Shown: positions 52,909 through 54,309 of the stretch, piece after piece
Numbering within the stretch: the first letter of the stretch is position 1
Layout of the letters: every line of letters begins with the position of its first letter
DNA from: Octopus bimaculoides
Taxonomy: Eukaryota
DNA: 54,309 bases
Reading direction: 5' to 3'
Assembly (NCBI RefSeq): GCF_001194135.2
Contig: NC_068985.1
Coordinates: 60,792,579-60,846,887 of the forward strand
Notes under the pieces: generated by a model
Told to the model about the DNA's origin: nothing
The model's database searches: none
Seen by the model: only the letters and a program-made list of their open reading frames with translations
Position numbers and translations under genes: made by a program

Positions 52909-53267
52909 GAGAGAGAGCAGGGGAGAAAGAGAAAGAGAGAGAAGAGAAACAAACTTACATAACTCCCAATAATACCAACAATAATGTTTATGATATAGAC
53001 ACACATAATTCTACTGGTACCCCAATGCATGACTGGTACTTACTAACCCTAACCCTAAAGGCAAAGCTGTCAGAGATAATAACCAACTAAAAACAGAAGT
53101 TTATTATTTAAATGTTACATGTTCTACTGTCTAGGACATTTTCATATCAAAGACTGAGACAATTCCCAGTAACACTATTTCAGAATCAAATATTTACTTT
53201 TAAGAAAGAAATGCTTAAAAATAAATATATATATATTCAGTATAATTACATACACACGTATGTGTAA

Positions 53268-53371
<104 letters not shown>

Positions 53372-53928
53372 NNNNNNNNNNNNNNNNNNNNNNNNNNNNN
53401 NNNNNNNNNNNNNNNNNNNNNNNNNNNNNNNNNNNNNNNNNNNNNNNNNNNNNNNNNNNNNNNNNNNNNNNNNNNNNNNNNNNNNNNNNNNNNNNNNNNN
53501 NNNNNNNNNNNNNNNNNNNNNNNNNNNNNNNNNNNNNNNNNNNNNNNNNNNNNNNNNNNNNNNNNNNNNNNNNNNNNNNNNNNNNNNNNNNNNNNNNNNN
53601 NNNNNNNNNNNNNNNNNNNNNNNNNNNNNNNNNNNNNNNNNNNNNNNNNNNNNNNNNNNNNNNNNNNNNNNNNNNNNNNNNNNNNNNNNNNNNNNNNNNN
53701 NNNNNNNNNNNNNNNNNNNNNNNNNNNNNNNNNNNNNNNNNNNNNNNNNNNNNNNNNNNNNNNNNNNNNNNNNNNNNNNNNNNNNNNNNNNNNNNNNNNN
53801 NNNNNNNNNNNNNNNNNNNNNNNNNNNNNNNNNNNTATATATATGCATATATATATATATATGCATATATATGTATATACATATATGTATATACATATAT
53901 GTATATATATATACATACACATATATAT

Positions 53929-54095
53929 AGGCACAAGAGTGGCTGTGTGGTAAGAAGTTTGTCTCCCAACCACATGAATCCGGGTTAAGTCCTACTGTGT
54001 GGCACCTTGGGTAAGTGACTTCTACTATAGTCACGGGCTGAGGAAAGCCTTGTGAGTGGATTTGGTAGACAGAAACTGAAAAACGCCTGTTGTAT
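53929..54095 (+). mobile_element. tRNA-derived CORE-like SINE
   Basis: ggcacaagagtggctgtgtggtaagaagtttg...ggttaagtcc...ggcaccttgggtaagtgacttctactatag. Other copies at 27590-27675 (+), about 31165-31280 (-), 37640-37790 (-) and 22190-22305 (-). Confidence 0.75.
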
Positions 54096-54309
54096 ATACA
54101 TTTCTCCTGCCAGCCAGCACAGTTGTCTAGTATGTAATAAAATGTGTAAAAGCTTGGCAGGGCTTAAAAGTCATATAAGGACAACACATGGCAACAATCA
54201 TGACTCATTTCAGTAAGTCTTCCTGGCAATGGCTTTTCTTGTGTAATGATGATGCAGCTGTGATATATATACATACACACACACACACATTATATATATA
54301 TATATATAT

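Overview
AT-rich, microsatellite- and SINE-dense eukaryotic DNA. The SINE and RTE-tail families suggest a coleoid cephalopod, most likely Octopus (inference). The window lies inside one minus-strand gene, recognised as a PHLDB1/2 (LL5)-like pleckstrin-homology-like protein. Four phase-compatible exons (47935-47816, 36740-36554, 33323-33134, 809-713) splice into one open frame; the gene start and the PH domain lie outside the window. Inside the 32 kb intron is an exon missed by the ORF track (10653-10520, MATDPLNMAG...YCWFCGRPMDFF). It has its own Kozak ATG and a phase-2 donor that fits the 809 exon, so it is a probable alternative first exon for a short isoform. The introns also hold: a full-length defective mariner; a 9-bp-TSD foldback element; piggyBac-type and palindromic MITEs; Helitron/HINE-like elements; RTE, L2/CR1 and R4/Dong LINE relics; and a Penelope-like GIY-YIG relic whose terminus carries a tRNA-like Pol III cassette and a minimal type I hammerhead ribozyme. 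There are several long hairpins, including a perfect 94-bp palindrome. All calls are by eye; no database searches were run, and repeat boundaries are approximate unless a TSD or TIR is quoted.
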